DNA from: a virus
Reading direction: 5' to 3' (one strand)
Length of the DNA stretch: 64,000 nt
IMG/VR virus record: IMGVR_UViG_3300023109_000018
The notes under the pieces are model-generated. The model searched no databases. It was not told the origin of the DNA and saw only the letters and a list, made by a program, of their open reading frames with translations. Position numbers and translations under genes: made by a program. Shown here one piece after another: positions 29,214-39,004 of the stretch; the stretch's first letter is position 1; each line of letters starts with the position of its first letter.

Positions 29214-29684
29214 TTACATAAATCTTTCTAGGCCGATGAATGCAACTGCAGCACCCAGACCCATCATGTAATACTTCCAGTTCTCAAGTGTTCGGAGTCG
29301 CTCACCGTGTTCATCCAATGTTTTAGTGACCTCTTTCGCGACCTTATCAATCTTTTCAATGACTACTGTATCATGCTTTGTGCGATTCTTGGCTGTATGT
29401 TCTGCCAGACGCTTGTGGTCTTCACGAGAAGAGTCTCTGTACTCATCAAGTTTCTTGTGTACTGCTACCACACGACTTTCATCCTCTTTGCGATGACTCT
29501 CAATACGATCCTCAAGATCGTCTAATCTTTCGCCTGCAATTCTGAGGACTTCTTCTTGTACTGCCGTCATTTTTGATACATCAACCAGCGATTCCATGCT
29601 GCTCTCAACGCGACCAAAGAATTTCTCAATCTGCTTAATGTCTTTTTTAATGAGTGCGATATCTGTGTTTATATCGTCTGCCAC
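29214..29684 (-). CDS. coiled-coil protein with C-terminal TM helix
   Basis: Heptad pattern; LENWKYYMMGLGAAVAF anchor. Confidence 0.6.
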   Translation of the reverse strand: MADDINTDIALIKKDIKQIEKFFGRVESSMESLVDVSKMTAVQEEVLRIAGERLDDLEDRIESHRKEDESRVVAVHKKLDEYRDSSREDHKRLAEHTAKNRTKHDTVVIEKIDKVAKEVTKTLDEHGERLRTLENWKYYMMGLGAAVAFIGLERFM

Positions 29685-29764
29685 ATTAATACCTCTTAAG
29701 TAAGCACGTGCAGGTAAGTCTGCATTGCCAACTATTTATTAGGATAATGACTTGTGATGATAGA

Positions 29765-29793
29765 ATTATAACACCTGAGGAGGTTATTGTCAA
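29765..29793 (-). promoter_or_regulatory. sigma70-type promoter
   Basis: TTGACA-N17-TATAAT. Confidence 0.75.
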
Positions 29794-30545
29794 CTATTTT
29801 TCGGTGTGAAATATATCATAAATTCTGGTGGGAGTTTGCCGTATCGATCTTGAAGGTTATCGGCCAGTACGAAGCCATCATTCCAGATGTCCTTTTTGAT
29901 ACTGTTGTATTGGTATTGAACACGATCCTCTTCCCAATACCTTTTGAGAAATTCATCGCGAAACTTACGAAACTCATTCGAGCCAGTTTCACCAAACGTG
30001 TCTGTGTGTCTTCTATGTACTTCTAAAGCAATAAAATCTACATTCTCATAAATCCAGTCTAAATTTTCTTTGGTGAGAATGTCGTATTCACCACCTTCAC
30101 AATCAATCTTCAAGTAATCGATGTGGTCAATATTATAGTAATCAATGAATTCTGCAAACGTAAGCTTTCGATATTCTCCAGCCTCTTCTTCATTATAAAT
30201 GTAATTTACATGATCCGCCTGATTCATGATAGCTGCGTGAACTGGTACAATGGGTGATTCCTTTGCATTGATCACATAATCGCGGACATTGTTCATAGCT
30301 GTCTCTAGCAGACCCCTATTGGGTTCTATCATGTAAACTTTACTTGCTCCCTCATCAAGAGCCATAGCAGTAAACATACCAATACACGAGCCTATATCAA
30401 CACACACATCGCCCGGTTCTACCTGATGCCACCAACTGTATGTCATATCCCAAAAGAATTCTTTACGCATATTGGCGACATGGTCCATACAAAGAGAACC
30501 AGTGTCCATATTTTTGTGAAGTGCATGGTGATTCACATAATCCAT
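29790..30545 (-). CDS. FkbM-family methyltransferase
   Basis: VDIGSCIGMF, IEP, LKIDCEGGE. Confidence 0.85.
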   Translation of the reverse strand: MDYVNHHALHKNMDTGSLCMDHVANMRKEFFWDMTYSWWHQVEPGDVCVDIGSCIGMFTAMALDEGASKVYMIEPNRGLLETAMNNVRDYVINAKESPIVPVHAAIMNQADHVNYIYNEEEAGEYRKLTFAEFIDYYNIDHIDYLKIDCEGGEYDILTKENLDWIYENVDFIALEVHRRHTDTFGETGSNEFRKFRDEFLKRYWEEDRVQYQYNSIKKDIWNDGFVLADNLQDRYGKLPPEFMIYFTPKNS

Positions 30546-30563
30546 AATATAAAAACCAAATTG

Positions 30564-31127
30564 TTAAGGTGTGGGAGTTTCTTCTTGCTCTTCTTCGGCT
30601 TTAGGCTTCTTGACTGTGACCTCTTTATAGTACACAATCACCTCACCAAGTTCACGAATGTATCGACGAAGCTCTTGAATATTACCAGACATCAATTCAT
30701 AATCTTTAATAGTAGACGCAATAAAGAGGACGTCGCCTCCAGTAGCAATCTTAATATCCGACATGAATTTATCTAGGTAAGTATATCCGGCGGGCCAGTC
30801 TGGATTTTCTTTGTCTTCCTGAGCACAGACCTTAGGTCTACGCGTCTTAGGTGTGCCATCTTCTGTAAGTTCTGGCTCACCTGCCTCATCTAATCGAGGT
30901 ACCTGCTTACATAGATTAGGCACTACGGCTTCTGAGACTACATACCACTGTGGACTCTCCAGACTGAGTGGTCGTGGCATTGTTGGCTGAATGATTTCAA
31001 TCTCTACAGGCTTTGATACGACCTGAATTACCTTCTCTGGTTCTGCACCAATTCCCCATTTACCAAGAACTGAACAACCACTAATCAGGCTTATAGTCGT
31101 TAAGATCAGCAATGTTCTTGCTATCAT
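30564..31127 (-). CDS. lipoprotein, putative o-spanin
   Basis: Lipobox ISGC, Pro-rich; overlaps upstream TM/coiled-coil gene. Confidence 0.65.
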   Translation of the reverse strand: MIARTLLILTTISLISGCSVLGKWGIGAEPEKVIQVVSKPVEIEIIQPTMPRPLSLESPQWYVVSEAVVPNLCKQVPRLDEAGEPELTEDGTPKTRRPKVCAQEDKENPDWPAGYTYLDKFMSDIKIATGGDVLFIASTIKDYELMSGNIQELRRYIRELGEVIVYYKEVTVKKPKAEEEQEETPTP

Positions 31128-31482
31128 TCTCTATCTCCTCAAAAATCTTTTTTGTCGCTTTATTAGTTCGATTCGTTATCAGACCTGGCTTGGCAAGAGC
31201 AAGTTTATCCAGATTGTGACGAGCAAAGATTGCCATATAACGATCTTTCTCTGCATTGATTTCAGAATTCTTTTGCGACAGGTTTGTAAGGGCTGCAGCT
31301 TGTGTCTCAAATGCCTCTTTCATGGCACCCATTGCAGCCTTCTGTTCTTCGACTGCGAATTCCATCTTTTCGACATTACCCTTTAGAACTAGATTATTGG
31401 CCTCGAGAATTTGGTTTTGTTGATAGAACCAACCAGCTGCACCACCCAAAGCCATTATAATTACAAATAATATTTGATACAT
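31081..31482 (-). CDS. putative i-spanin
   Basis: N-terminal TM then periplasmic coiled coil; paired with lipoprotein. Confidence 0.65.
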   Translation of the reverse strand: MYQILFVIIMALGGAAGWFYQQNQILEANNLVLKGNVEKMEFAVEEQKAAMGAMKEAFETQAAALTNLSQKNSEINAEKDRYMAIFARHNLDKLALAKPGLITNRTNKATKKIFEEIENDSKNIADLNDYKPD

Positions 31483-31790
31483 TATTCTTCCTCAATCCGA
31501 TAATTCAGGCCACCGTTTGCCTTAATATTAACAATTTTCTTTTCGGCAGTAACGAAGCTGAGTTCCTTCCAAGTAGATTTGATCACCTTGGGTACATGTT
31601 CATAAACAACATCGTCTAGGTTACCAAACTTAGAGTCATACGAGACCGTGACCTTAAACGTAGGTTTCGCAGTCCACGATTTCCATGACCATACTATCGC
31701 TTTAAACGGGGCGGTAGCGATTACTACCAACCCCGTCCAAATTTTCTTAAAGAAAGTGCTAACCCAAGGGTATAACTTATTCATAATCAA
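31482..31790 (-). CDS. hypothetical protein
   Basis: Amphipathic Trp-rich N-terminus. Confidence 0.55.
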   Translation of the reverse strand: MIMNKLYPWVSTFFKKIWTGLVVIATAPFKAIVWSWKSWTAKPTFKVTVSYDSKFGNLDDVVYEHVPKVIKSTWKELSFVTAEKKIVNIKANGGLNYRIEEE

Positions 31791-31799
31791 AGACCAAAA

Positions 31800-32048
31800 T
31801 TATTTCTTCTTTTTGGACTCTTCTTTTTCTTCTTCGTCCTCATCAGACTCGTCTTCAGCTTCATCTTCTTCAGCTTCGTCCTCGTCCTTTTCTTCTTCTT
31901 CCTCGTCGTCCATCTCAGCCTTCATTTTGGCATTGACTTTCTCCTCAAGGGCAGCAGAGATGCGAGTGCGGACTTCCTCTTCGAAAGCCTCTTTCATTTG
32001 AACTGGGTTCTCAGCGAGAGCCTCAGCAATAATTTTTTCAACGGACAT
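31800..32048 (-). CDS. acidic prohead core-like protein (gp67-like)
   Basis: IIAEA N-terminus, helical, poly-D/E tail; late promoter upstream. Confidence 0.55.
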   Translation of the reverse strand: MSVEKIIAEALAENPVQMKEAFEEEVRTRISAALEEKVNAKMKAEMDDEEEEEKDEDEAEEDEAEDESDEDEEEKEESKKKK

Positions 32049-32084
32049 GATTTTCTCCTTTAGATTTATATTAAACTAACTTAT

Positions 32085-32092
32085 TATTTATA
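32085..32092 (-). promoter_or_regulatory. T4 late promoter
   Basis: TATAAATA. Confidence 0.75.
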
Positions 32093-32531
32093 CAGCTTCT
32101 AATCTTTCCATGAGTCTATTGGCACGAGGACCAACTTGACGAGCCCAGAGAGAATCTAATCCTTCTGGAGCTGCACCGGCATAATCGCCTTCAATAAGCT
32201 TTGCGTTAAAATTCTTAAATTTACTTAGACGTGGTCGTCCAAGATTGAACAGCATGTTGACGAGAACCTCTTGTACTTCGCCTGGGAATCCTTCCCAGTC
32301 ATCTCCGTATAGAGTAACACACTCATCAATTGCGATGTTAAGGTCACGTTCAAAGCATTCTCGAACTCTTTCTTCAGTAACAGGAGTTCCGACATCTTGT
32401 CCATGTTCCGGGTCGGACTCGAGTACCAAGTGGCCCACTCCGAAAGTAGGATATCCAAGGTGATCTTCGTAGATTTCATATACTACACCTTCATCGATTT
32501 TAAGTTGTTCAAATACGGATTCTCTGTTCAT
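32088..32531 (-). CDS. phage lysozyme (GH24-like)
   Basis: LKIDEG..IYEDHLGYPTFGVGH, NMLFNLG, DSLWARQVGPRA. Confidence 0.9.
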   Translation of the reverse strand: MNRESVFEQLKIDEGVVYEIYEDHLGYPTFGVGHLVLESDPEHGQDVGTPVTEERVRECFERDLNIAIDECVTLYGDDWEGFPGEVQEVLVNMLFNLGRPRLSKFKNFNAKLIEGDYAGAAPEGLDSLWARQVGPRANRLMERLEAV

Positions 32532-33055
32532 TTTATTTCCTTTGCGGTTTCTTTGAACGATTTCAACGTTCTTTTCTTATGTCTTTTTTGTGCTGCCTTG
32601 GACATGTGATTGCCATCCATACCAGCGATATTACCACTACCTACGTTATTAGCAGGAGCCTCTTCATCTTTTGTCGCTTCTTCTAACTCTACGTAGTTCA
32701 GATACCACTCTTCAAAACCTTCACATGCCAAATTTAAATCTTCGTCGGTGTGGCTCTCGTTCAAGACATTTTCGTCTGAGAATGTTTTGTATTCTTTGAT
32801 GAGCCACAATGCAGCTGCATAAGACCCAAGACGCGATGAACCGCCTGGCAATTTTGCCAAGAGCTTTTTGATGTTGAGTATCATCTGATCAAACACACCG
32901 AAGGCCTGTCGTTGAGCCTTTTTGGTGAATTGTTTACGCTTAATCAGGATGTTACCTTGATCATCAATAATTCCCTGTTCGAAAGCAGGCCAGTTATTGT
33001 ATGGAGTAACCAACTTACGAATGAATTGAAAGACTAAAAATAAGTCTACGACCAT
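32528..33055 (-). CDS. conserved T4-like late protein
   Basis: FIRKLVTPY..W.A..GIID..GNIL motif. Confidence 0.65.
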   Translation of the reverse strand: MVVDLFLVFQFIRKLVTPYNNWPAFEQGIIDDQGNILIKRKQFTKKAQRQAFGVFDQMILNIKKLLAKLPGGSSRLGSYAAALWLIKEYKTFSDENVLNESHTDEDLNLACEGFEEWYLNYVELEEATKDEEAPANNVGSGNIAGMDGNHMSKAAQKRHKKRTLKSFKETAKEIK

Positions 33056-33056
33056 G

Positions 33057-33431
33057 TTAGATCCCTATCAGCGTATCTACTATTTTTTGATCAGACGAGA
33101 TACTGTCAGCATTAATTTGAAGTTCTTCGTACATCACAATCCTTGGCATGTAATTAAGGTATACCACAAATGGTTTTAAATATTCATGAAACTCTTTTAG
33201 TTTCATAAACAGCATATTTGTAGCAGCCGGGCCAAATACATTATACAACACAATTAAATGATTTAGAATCAACCTTTCTTTTAACTCATCCTCGTGTCTG
33301 TAACGACCAAAGAGTTTTCTGAGATATTGAAATCGCTTCAAATCCTCTTCGAACTCGGTCATCTCAGTACACTGAGGGTTGTCGTAATGCTTCATAGCAT
33401 ATAGCAGAAAGGTTGATTCTGTCAAATTCAT
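33057..33431 (-). CDS. conserved T4-like hypothetical protein
   Basis: YAMKHYDNPQC, EFEEDLKRF, LILNHLI. Confidence 0.65.
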   Translation of the reverse strand: MNLTESTFLLYAMKHYDNPQCTEMTEFEEDLKRFQYLRKLFGRYRHEDELKERLILNHLIVLYNVFGPAATNMLFMKLKEFHEYLKPFVVYLNYMPRIVMYEELQINADSISSDQKIVDTLIGI

Positions 33432-33449
33432 AATAAAGAAAAAACTTTT

Positions 33450-33758
33450 TTAATCAGCAACAATAGCGTCGTCAGTCACACCTGTAACACCAAGGTCACC
33501 AGCATCACCAGAAGATACCTTAAATACACAAAGTGGCTCTGCCTTGTGACGGGTATTACCATTTTGATCGGTATAAGTGTGATACAAGTTCCAACCAGGC
33601 GTGTTGAGACCTTTTGCACGGTTACCCGCAACTTGTGCCTCAGTTACGTCGACTAATACTGCATTATCAATGTCATTGGACTTATTAGTATTGTTGGCAT
33701 CATCTTCAAGCCACTTAGGTGCGCCTGCAAGATTATCCGTTTTTGCCCATAGTGCCAT
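33450..33758 (-). CDS. putative virion protein
   Basis: MALW start, TPGW..Y..GNTRHKAE motif. Confidence 0.6.
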   Translation of the reverse strand: MALWAKTDNLAGAPKWLEDDANNTNKSNDIDNAVLVDVTEAQVAGNRAKGLNTPGWNLYHTYTDQNGNTRHKAEPLCVFKVSSGDAGDLGVTGVTDDAIVAD

Positions 33759-33796
33759 TGTTATTCTCCTTTATGTACTTGGGTTTGGTTTACTAT

Positions 33797-33985
33797 CTAT
33801 GATTCTTTTTTGGCCGGAGCCTTCTTCTTAGGAGCTGCTTTCTTTTTAGGAGCTGCTTTCTTCTTAGGTGCAGCTTTCTTAGGTGCAGGCTTCTCTTGCA
33901 CGGGAGGGGTAGCAGGAACAACAGGTTCCCTAGGATCATCCGTCCCAAAGCATCGTTTAAACAGATCTGTCAAAAGTGCAATCAT
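33797..33985 (-). CDS. small Lys/Ala/Pro-rich histone-H1-tail-like protein
   Basis: Tandem PKK(K)AA repeats. Confidence 0.6.
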   Translation of the reverse strand: MIALLTDLFKRCFGTDDPREPVVPATPPVQEKPAPKKAAPKKKAAPKKKAAPKKKAPAKKES

Positions 33986-33996
33986 TGTATAACTCC

Positions 33997-34674
33997 TTAA
34001 TACTTTTTACTGGCGCGTATTGCCTTGCCCATCTTTTTAATCTTACTAGCGGACATGGTACCACATGAACTTTCGTCGGTATCGACCAAATCGGCGTCTT
34101 CGACCTTATATTCTTTACCGGCGAACATAAATTTTGCATCGCCCTTTTCTTTTGCCATCTTAGCAGCATACATGAATTGCTTCTTGTCTTCTGACTTGAC
34201 AGTCTTTTCTTCGACACTGAACTGATTCTTATTAATCGTCTTGGCATGAGCAAGTGTCTTAGCATCATACTTCTGCGGAAAGTCGTCAATATGCATTCGT
34301 TGCTGACCGACCGTCATTTTGTTCTTCTTACCAAGATTAGTGATATATTTTACTGCAGCTTTGTGCGCAGCATCACCCATCGCTTCATCTACCACTTCTT
34401 CTGACTTGACAGCCTTGGAGATTGCAGCTCTGCGCTTCTTCAGATACTTATCTGAATCATCTACATCACCATCATTGTCGACATCGTCGTCTTCTTTACC
34501 GACTGGGTCGAGCTTCTTTGCTTCTGCCATATGATAGCCTTTGTCATCACAGTGTTCACAGCCTTTGCCTTCACACTTGGGACACTCTACCTTTTCACCT
34601 TCATCTTCAACAGTTACCTTTTTGCCTTCAAGCAGGTCCAGTACCATTTCGTCGATTTTATCTTTGAACGACAT
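33997..34674 (-). CDS. putative internal head protein
   Basis: MSFKDKIDE start, repeated xxE sites, CPKC/CEHC zinc ribbon, KLDPVGKEDDDVDNDGD. Confidence 0.6.
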   Translation of the reverse strand: MSFKDKIDEMVLDLLEGKKVTVEDEGEKVECPKCEGKGCEHCDDKGYHMAEAKKLDPVGKEDDDVDNDGDVDDSDKYLKKRRAAISKAVKSEEVVDEAMGDAAHKAAVKYITNLGKKNKMTVGQQRMHIDDFPQKYDAKTLAHAKTINKNQFSVEEKTVKSEDKKQFMYAAKMAKEKGDAKFMFAGKEYKVEDADLVDTDESSCGTMSASKIKKMGKAIRASKKY

Positions 34675-34705
34675 TTTTTTATCTCCGTAAGATCTGTATT
34701 TGAGT

Positions 34706-34993
34706 TTATTTATCTATTGGCGTGATTCGAATAACGAGATCATCCACACCTTTTATAATTCTATGATACTCACCAGGGTCTATTCTGAATTTCTGACCTG
34801 GCACTAATAACCAAGGTAAAGCATTTTCCCATTGGAATTGCCAACCATTGCCTCGCATTACCTCAATTTGTCGATATTCTTGGTCTCGATGCCAGACGTA
34901 ATGAGAATCCTCTGCATCGATACTGAATGTTCTAAAATTGTATTTGTCAACCCGTTCATCAAAGTACGGTTTACCAGAAGTAATCTCCACCAC
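34706..34993 (-). CDS. cupin-like protein
   Basis: WHRDQE and GEYHRIIKG motifs. Confidence 0.6.
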   Translation of the reverse strand: MVEITSGKPYFDERVDKYNFRTFSIDAEDSHYVWHRDQEYRQIEVMRGNGWQFQWENALPWLLVPGQKFRIDPGEYHRIIKGVDDLVIRITPIDK

Positions 34994-35354
34994 CTTTCAG
35001 CCCCAAATCACTAGCATATTTCGGTAATCGACAGGCCCAATAGCCGGGTGTCATCTTATCCGATTTCGTATCACAACTATGTCTTGCAGCAAATGATGCT
35101 GCTGCACCTCTATCATTTATCTTGGAGGTAAGACCACCCTTTTCATCACCAAATTCAATCTTTTTAATATTTCCGGTTTTGGGGTTCTTTACATAAACCA
35201 CGTATTTCTTGTTACCGGAGCTACGCTTTGGTGAATTTAATTCTGGTTCTTTCTCTTCCTGAAATTCAATCATCGGTCGCTCAAGAGGAACAGTGATGCC
35301 CTCATAGAGACCAAACTCTGGCTTTAAACCCGAGTGTTTGCCGAATGATTTCAT
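34971..35354 (-). CDS. putative internal head protein
   Basis: MKSF start; KKYVVYVKNP..IEFGD, SFAARHSC..PGYWAC. Confidence 0.6.
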   Translation of the reverse strand: MKSFGKHSGLKPEFGLYEGITVPLERPMIEFQEEKEPELNSPKRSSGNKKYVVYVKNPKTGNIKKIEFGDEKGGLTSKINDRGAAASFAARHSCDTKSDKMTPGYWACRLPKYASDLGLKGGGDYFW

Positions 35355-35755
35355 CCGAATTTCTTGGCGAATGCTTTTAGATCGAGAGTTTCGAAACCAC
35401 CAAACTCATCTACCACTCTAAAAGCAAGTTTTCCTTTATTCTCAACTGGCTTTGCAGAAAAAGAGGTCATTCCAGATTTAAGACCACTGATCTCGTTACC
35501 CTTGATAACCATTTTCTTAATCTTGGGTGCCTTAGCTTCTTCTACTTCTTCAACTTCTTCGTGAACACCAACCTCTTTCTTTGAGAGCTTGGTGAGAATA
35601 TCCAAAATCTGTGGAGGTCGAGTTCCAGCCTGCATCAGTGCTTGGTTAATATCACCCCACTGATAGAGCTCTTTATCGCCTCTTTTCTTGTACTTACCAG
35701 GTGCCTCAGAGAGATCTTCCGGTGACTCCGAAATGAATGTGGTAAAGTTTTTCAT
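35351..35755 (-). CDS. putative internal head protein
   Basis: MKNFTTFISE N-terminus resembling T4 IP capsid-targeting sequence. Confidence 0.6.
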   Translation of the reverse strand: MKNFTTFISESPEDLSEAPGKYKKRGDKELYQWGDINQALMQAGTRPPQILDILTKLSKKEVGVHEEVEEVEEAKAPKIKKMVIKGNEISGLKSGMTSFSAKPVENKGKLAFRVVDEFGGFETLDLKAFAKKFG

Positions 35756-36990
35756 TTTTTACTCCGTGTATATTCTTTAAATGATTGTGGTCCGGGAGTG
35801 TCTTTCTTAAGCTTTTTTGTAAGCTCTGGAGTACCTTCGTCTCCGGCTCCATGCTCTTCTCTTGCAAACCCTCGGTAATTCAATAGGTGTTTTGGCATGA
35901 TGCCATCCTTCACCATATCTTTGAAGACCTTGTCTAGGGCTCTGACATCAAGATCATGAATTTGAGCAGTCTTGACGAGATTTCTTTCTGCGTTGTGTGG
36001 ATTCTTTTTGCGAAGATCTAAGAATGTACGAACGGCTTTCTTATACGCATTACCATTTAATTTTCTATCTAAGTATCGTACCAGATCTGGCATCATAGCC
36101 TTCAATGTACTATCGCCACCAAAGACTCTTTCATCTAACTTGCCACCGGCATCAGCGAATGCAGCGACAGCCATCTGTTGTCTTTTCTTAACGTCTTTAC
36201 CTTTAAACTGAGGAGCGTCCGATTTTTGAAAGTCATCAATCCACGCAGCAAGACCATCAGATACTTTAAGCTTCTCGTCTAATGTTTCTTCCTTAATTCC
36301 CCGAGCTTTCTTTTGAGCTGAAACCCATTTCTTAGCGATAGGTGATTTGGGATCTTCTGCAGCCCATTTACCCACGTCTTTATATGCATTCAGAGCAGTA
36401 GCTTCGATATCACTGCCAGAAGAATTATCTATCACCATTAGATTATTTCTGAAAAGACCTTGAAATTTTCCAATATTATTTTGTACTGCTTTCCACATTT
36501 TTATTACCTCAGCATCAGGCAATGATCGTGGTCGCGTTTGATTTCTTTCTAATGCAGTGTCTAAATCTGTGTTGACAAACAGCATTTTAATTTCATAACC
36601 TAGAGCTCTCAGACCCTCGGCTTGAGTTTTGATCTTATCGTAATCTTTACCAGTACCATCAATAACCAAACCAAGTCGGCCGTTGATTGCTTGCTTTAAT
36701 TGCATACCGGTTAATCTCTTTGCCTTGGCTCTGGCTTTCTGACCCTGAGGGCTCATTAAACCTTGCGGTGTGAGAGCCACTCCAGCCTTGGCGAGAGCAG
36801 CCTCAAATGCGGGGTCGGAATTAATAAGTTTAAATCCGTGTGCAAGTAAAGATGCCTTACCAACAACAAATGATTTACCAGAACCTGGGCCACCAGCTAA
36901 GAAAACAGCCTTAAAGATTGCTGGGTCATTAATACCCTCTTCAAGTTCTGGTGTTTCAGATTCGTAAAAGTTTTTGAAATTAGAAATCAT
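35752..36990 (-). CDS. P-loop kinase (zeta-toxin/AAA_33-like) with C-terminal extension
   Basis: FLAGGPGSGKS, NSD, LVIDGTG, LERNQTRPR; MISNFKNFYE start. Confidence 0.8.
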   Translation of the reverse strand: MISNFKNFYESETPELEEGINDPAIFKAVFLAGGPGSGKSFVVGKASLLAHGFKLINSDPAFEAALAKAGVALTPQGLMSPQGQKARAKAKRLTGMQLKQAINGRLGLVIDGTGKDYDKIKTQAEGLRALGYEIKMLFVNTDLDTALERNQTRPRSLPDAEVIKMWKAVQNNIGKFQGLFRNNLMVIDNSSGSDIEATALNAYKDVGKWAAEDPKSPIAKKWVSAQKKARGIKEETLDEKLKVSDGLAAWIDDFQKSDAPQFKGKDVKKRQQMAVAAFADAGGKLDERVFGGDSTLKAMMPDLVRYLDRKLNGNAYKKAVRTFLDLRKKNPHNAERNLVKTAQIHDLDVRALDKVFKDMVKDGIMPKHLLNYRGFAREEHGAGDEGTPELTKKLKKDTPGPQSFKEYTRSKK

Positions 36991-36993
36991 ATC

Positions 36994-38943
36994 CTATTTA
37001 ACCTTAGCAGCAAGATCCTTATCTGCCTTGCCCCATGTTCCTTTAGATTTAGTAGCAAAACTATTTACTCTTGCAAGACCCCATTGAGCTGGAGTTGTGC
37101 CAGGTCTATGGCCCGTTCTCCAAGCTGCAACACCACGATCAAATACTTTCTTTAAAATTCCATAAGGCATCCCTGACTTTGCAGCCTTATCTTTTAATGC
37201 CTTTTCTGGGTTACTCTCAAAGATAAACTCAACAGATTCTGCAAGATCAAGTACCTCTGACATAATATCAAATTCTTCGGTCTTAGTAGCTACGAGTACC
37301 TTTTCAAATTCAGCCTGTTGCTTGAGCCACTTTTCTTTCCATGCCTTATAGACCTTAAAGCGATTGTCGAATTTAACTCCGCCCTTTCCGGCCATTAGCA
37401 TGTGTGGCCGCTTTTTTGGCATCATATCTCTCTTTGAAGCCTCCGTGACCTCATTGCGCTTGCTTTTCTGATATGCCTTGTATTCTTTACGTCTCTCTGC
37501 ATCTGCTTTTTTCTCGGCAGGAGTCATCTGTGATACTGGTTTCTTGCTTTCTTTAACACCTTTAAGTGCATAGTCAACTTGCTTGAGCAAATCTTGAAGT
37601 TTAACTACTTCGGGATCCTTGGTAGTCTTCTTCTTGAACTTAATGAGATCGTCAATCTGAGACAAGAAAGAGTTGCGAGTCTTCCGTAAGGATGCTTTGT
37701 CTTTACCAATATACTTGTTCTTGTATGATGGAGATAATGCTTCACCGTACATATCCTTGAATTTCTTGGTATGCCTAGATGGTTTGGTTCCTTTTTCTCG
37801 AGCTTCTTTGTCACCAGGTGCATCAGTGTATGCTGACGGGTTGTCATCATTCACCTTGGTCTTTCTTTTGAAATGTGCCTCACGATCGTCTTTCTTATCT
37901 TGTGCAACACCTGTGTAGTATTTTGAGGATTCTTCAACGTCAATTTTCTTTGACATTCTTTCCTTTTCTGCTGCCTTGACAGCAGGTAATTTCTTCTTCA
38001 CCAGATTCTTAATTTTGGCAGAAGAAATTTTCTTAATCTTCTTTTCGATTGCCTGTTTCTGAGATATGGAAAGATCGGCGTAATTCTTACCCTTTGCAAA
38101 CTTATCCTTTAGGGCTTTCTGTACCTGCTTTTCAGCACGACCTGTTAACTTCTCCTTTCCAGCCTTTTTCTTCATTGATCGAGCTCTTGCACGAGCAATC
38201 TTCTTGCCATGTTTCTTCATGACGATGGCTCTCTTTCTGCGTTGAGCCATATCCATAACCTCATCTAAGGTCATTTCTTCATTAATATCTTCATCGATAC
38301 CCATACCATTCCTCACTGCATCGAATACTTGTTGTGCTTTAGATTGTAATCTTTTAGGAAGACCTTTCTTAAATGTATTAAGATCATCATCTGCCGCTAG
38401 AGCTCTCATCTTAGAGGCTGACATACCAGATACGTCATCGGCGTCTGGGTCTCGTTCTCCCGCAGAGATGACCTCTATTGAATCAAATGTGTAGTCTTTA
38501 CCATTGTACTTATTTAAGAGTGTTCTAAACTCTCCCACACGATCTGAACCCACGACCAGAACCATATTCTTATATTGTCTTTGCAATTGAGCAGCAACTT
38601 GAATAATGGTCTTTGCGGATGATTTCACAACGATTTTACCAAATGCTGCTTGAGCAAACTTGATCTTATCATCGTATGAAAGGGGGTTCTTTTTAGGATC
38701 TGAGGAATGTGAAAGATAGATTGCTGGGACAGCCTTTCTGGCTTTTGCCTCTGAAGCTACCTTAAGGGCTAATTTTTCATGCCCTGATGTCACGGGGTTC
38801 ATTCTGCCCCACGATACTACAACAGTATCCGATCTGACTGCCTCGTCAAGTTCTGGTTTCGTGTTGATATACTTCGAACCATTTTTGATAGCAGTAGCAT
38901 CTTTCTTTTTGGTCGATTTCTTCTTCTTAGCTTCCGGTTCCAT
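36994..38943 (-). CDS. cytidyltransferase-like (HIGH-motif) nucleotidyltransferase with long basic linker and conserved C-terminal domain
   Basis: WGRMNPVTSGH, DPKKNPL, VVGSDR, SAGERDPD, MSASKMR; C-terminal RGVAAWRTGHRPG..QWGLARVNSF; start set after late promoter at 38984. Confidence 0.8.
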   Translation of the reverse strand: MEPEAKKKKSTKKKDATAIKNGSKYINTKPELDEAVRSDTVVVSWGRMNPVTSGHEKLALKVASEAKARKAVPAIYLSHSSDPKKNPLSYDDKIKFAQAAFGKIVVKSSAKTIIQVAAQLQRQYKNMVLVVGSDRVGEFRTLLNKYNGKDYTFDSIEVISAGERDPDADDVSGMSASKMRALAADDDLNTFKKGLPKRLQSKAQQVFDAVRNGMGIDEDINEEMTLDEVMDMAQRRKRAIVMKKHGKKIARARARSMKKKAGKEKLTGRAEKQVQKALKDKFAKGKNYADLSISQKQAIEKKIKKISSAKIKNLVKKKLPAVKAAEKERMSKKIDVEESSKYYTGVAQDKKDDREAHFKRKTKVNDDNPSAYTDAPGDKEAREKGTKPSRHTKKFKDMYGEALSPSYKNKYIGKDKASLRKTRNSFLSQIDDLIKFKKKTTKDPEVVKLQDLLKQVDYALKGVKESKKPVSQMTPAEKKADAERRKEYKAYQKSKRNEVTEASKRDMMPKKRPHMLMAGKGGVKFDNRFKVYKAWKEKWLKQQAEFEKVLVATKTEEFDIMSEVLDLAESVEFIFESNPEKALKDKAAKSGMPYGILKKVFDRGVAAWRTGHRPGTTPAQWGLARVNSFATKSKGTWGKADKDLAAKVK

Positions 38944-38983
38944 CTTTCCCTTGGCCTTATTGTTTGAATAGAGATAACTGTTA

Positions 38984-38991
38984 TATTTATA
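38984..38991 (-). promoter_or_regulatory. T4 late promoter
   Basis: TATAAATA about 40 nt upstream of ATG 38943. Confidence 0.75.
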
Positions 38992-39004
38992 ATAAAATGA
39001 GTCT

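Noticed and set aside
31800-33985. Low-complexity DNA repeats as a mini-array
   Set aside because: They encode poly-D/E and PKKAA protein repeats with no unique spacers
35752-36990. Zeta toxin of a toxin-antitoxin pair
   Set aside because: No epsilon-like partner; late virion context and long C-terminal extension fit another role
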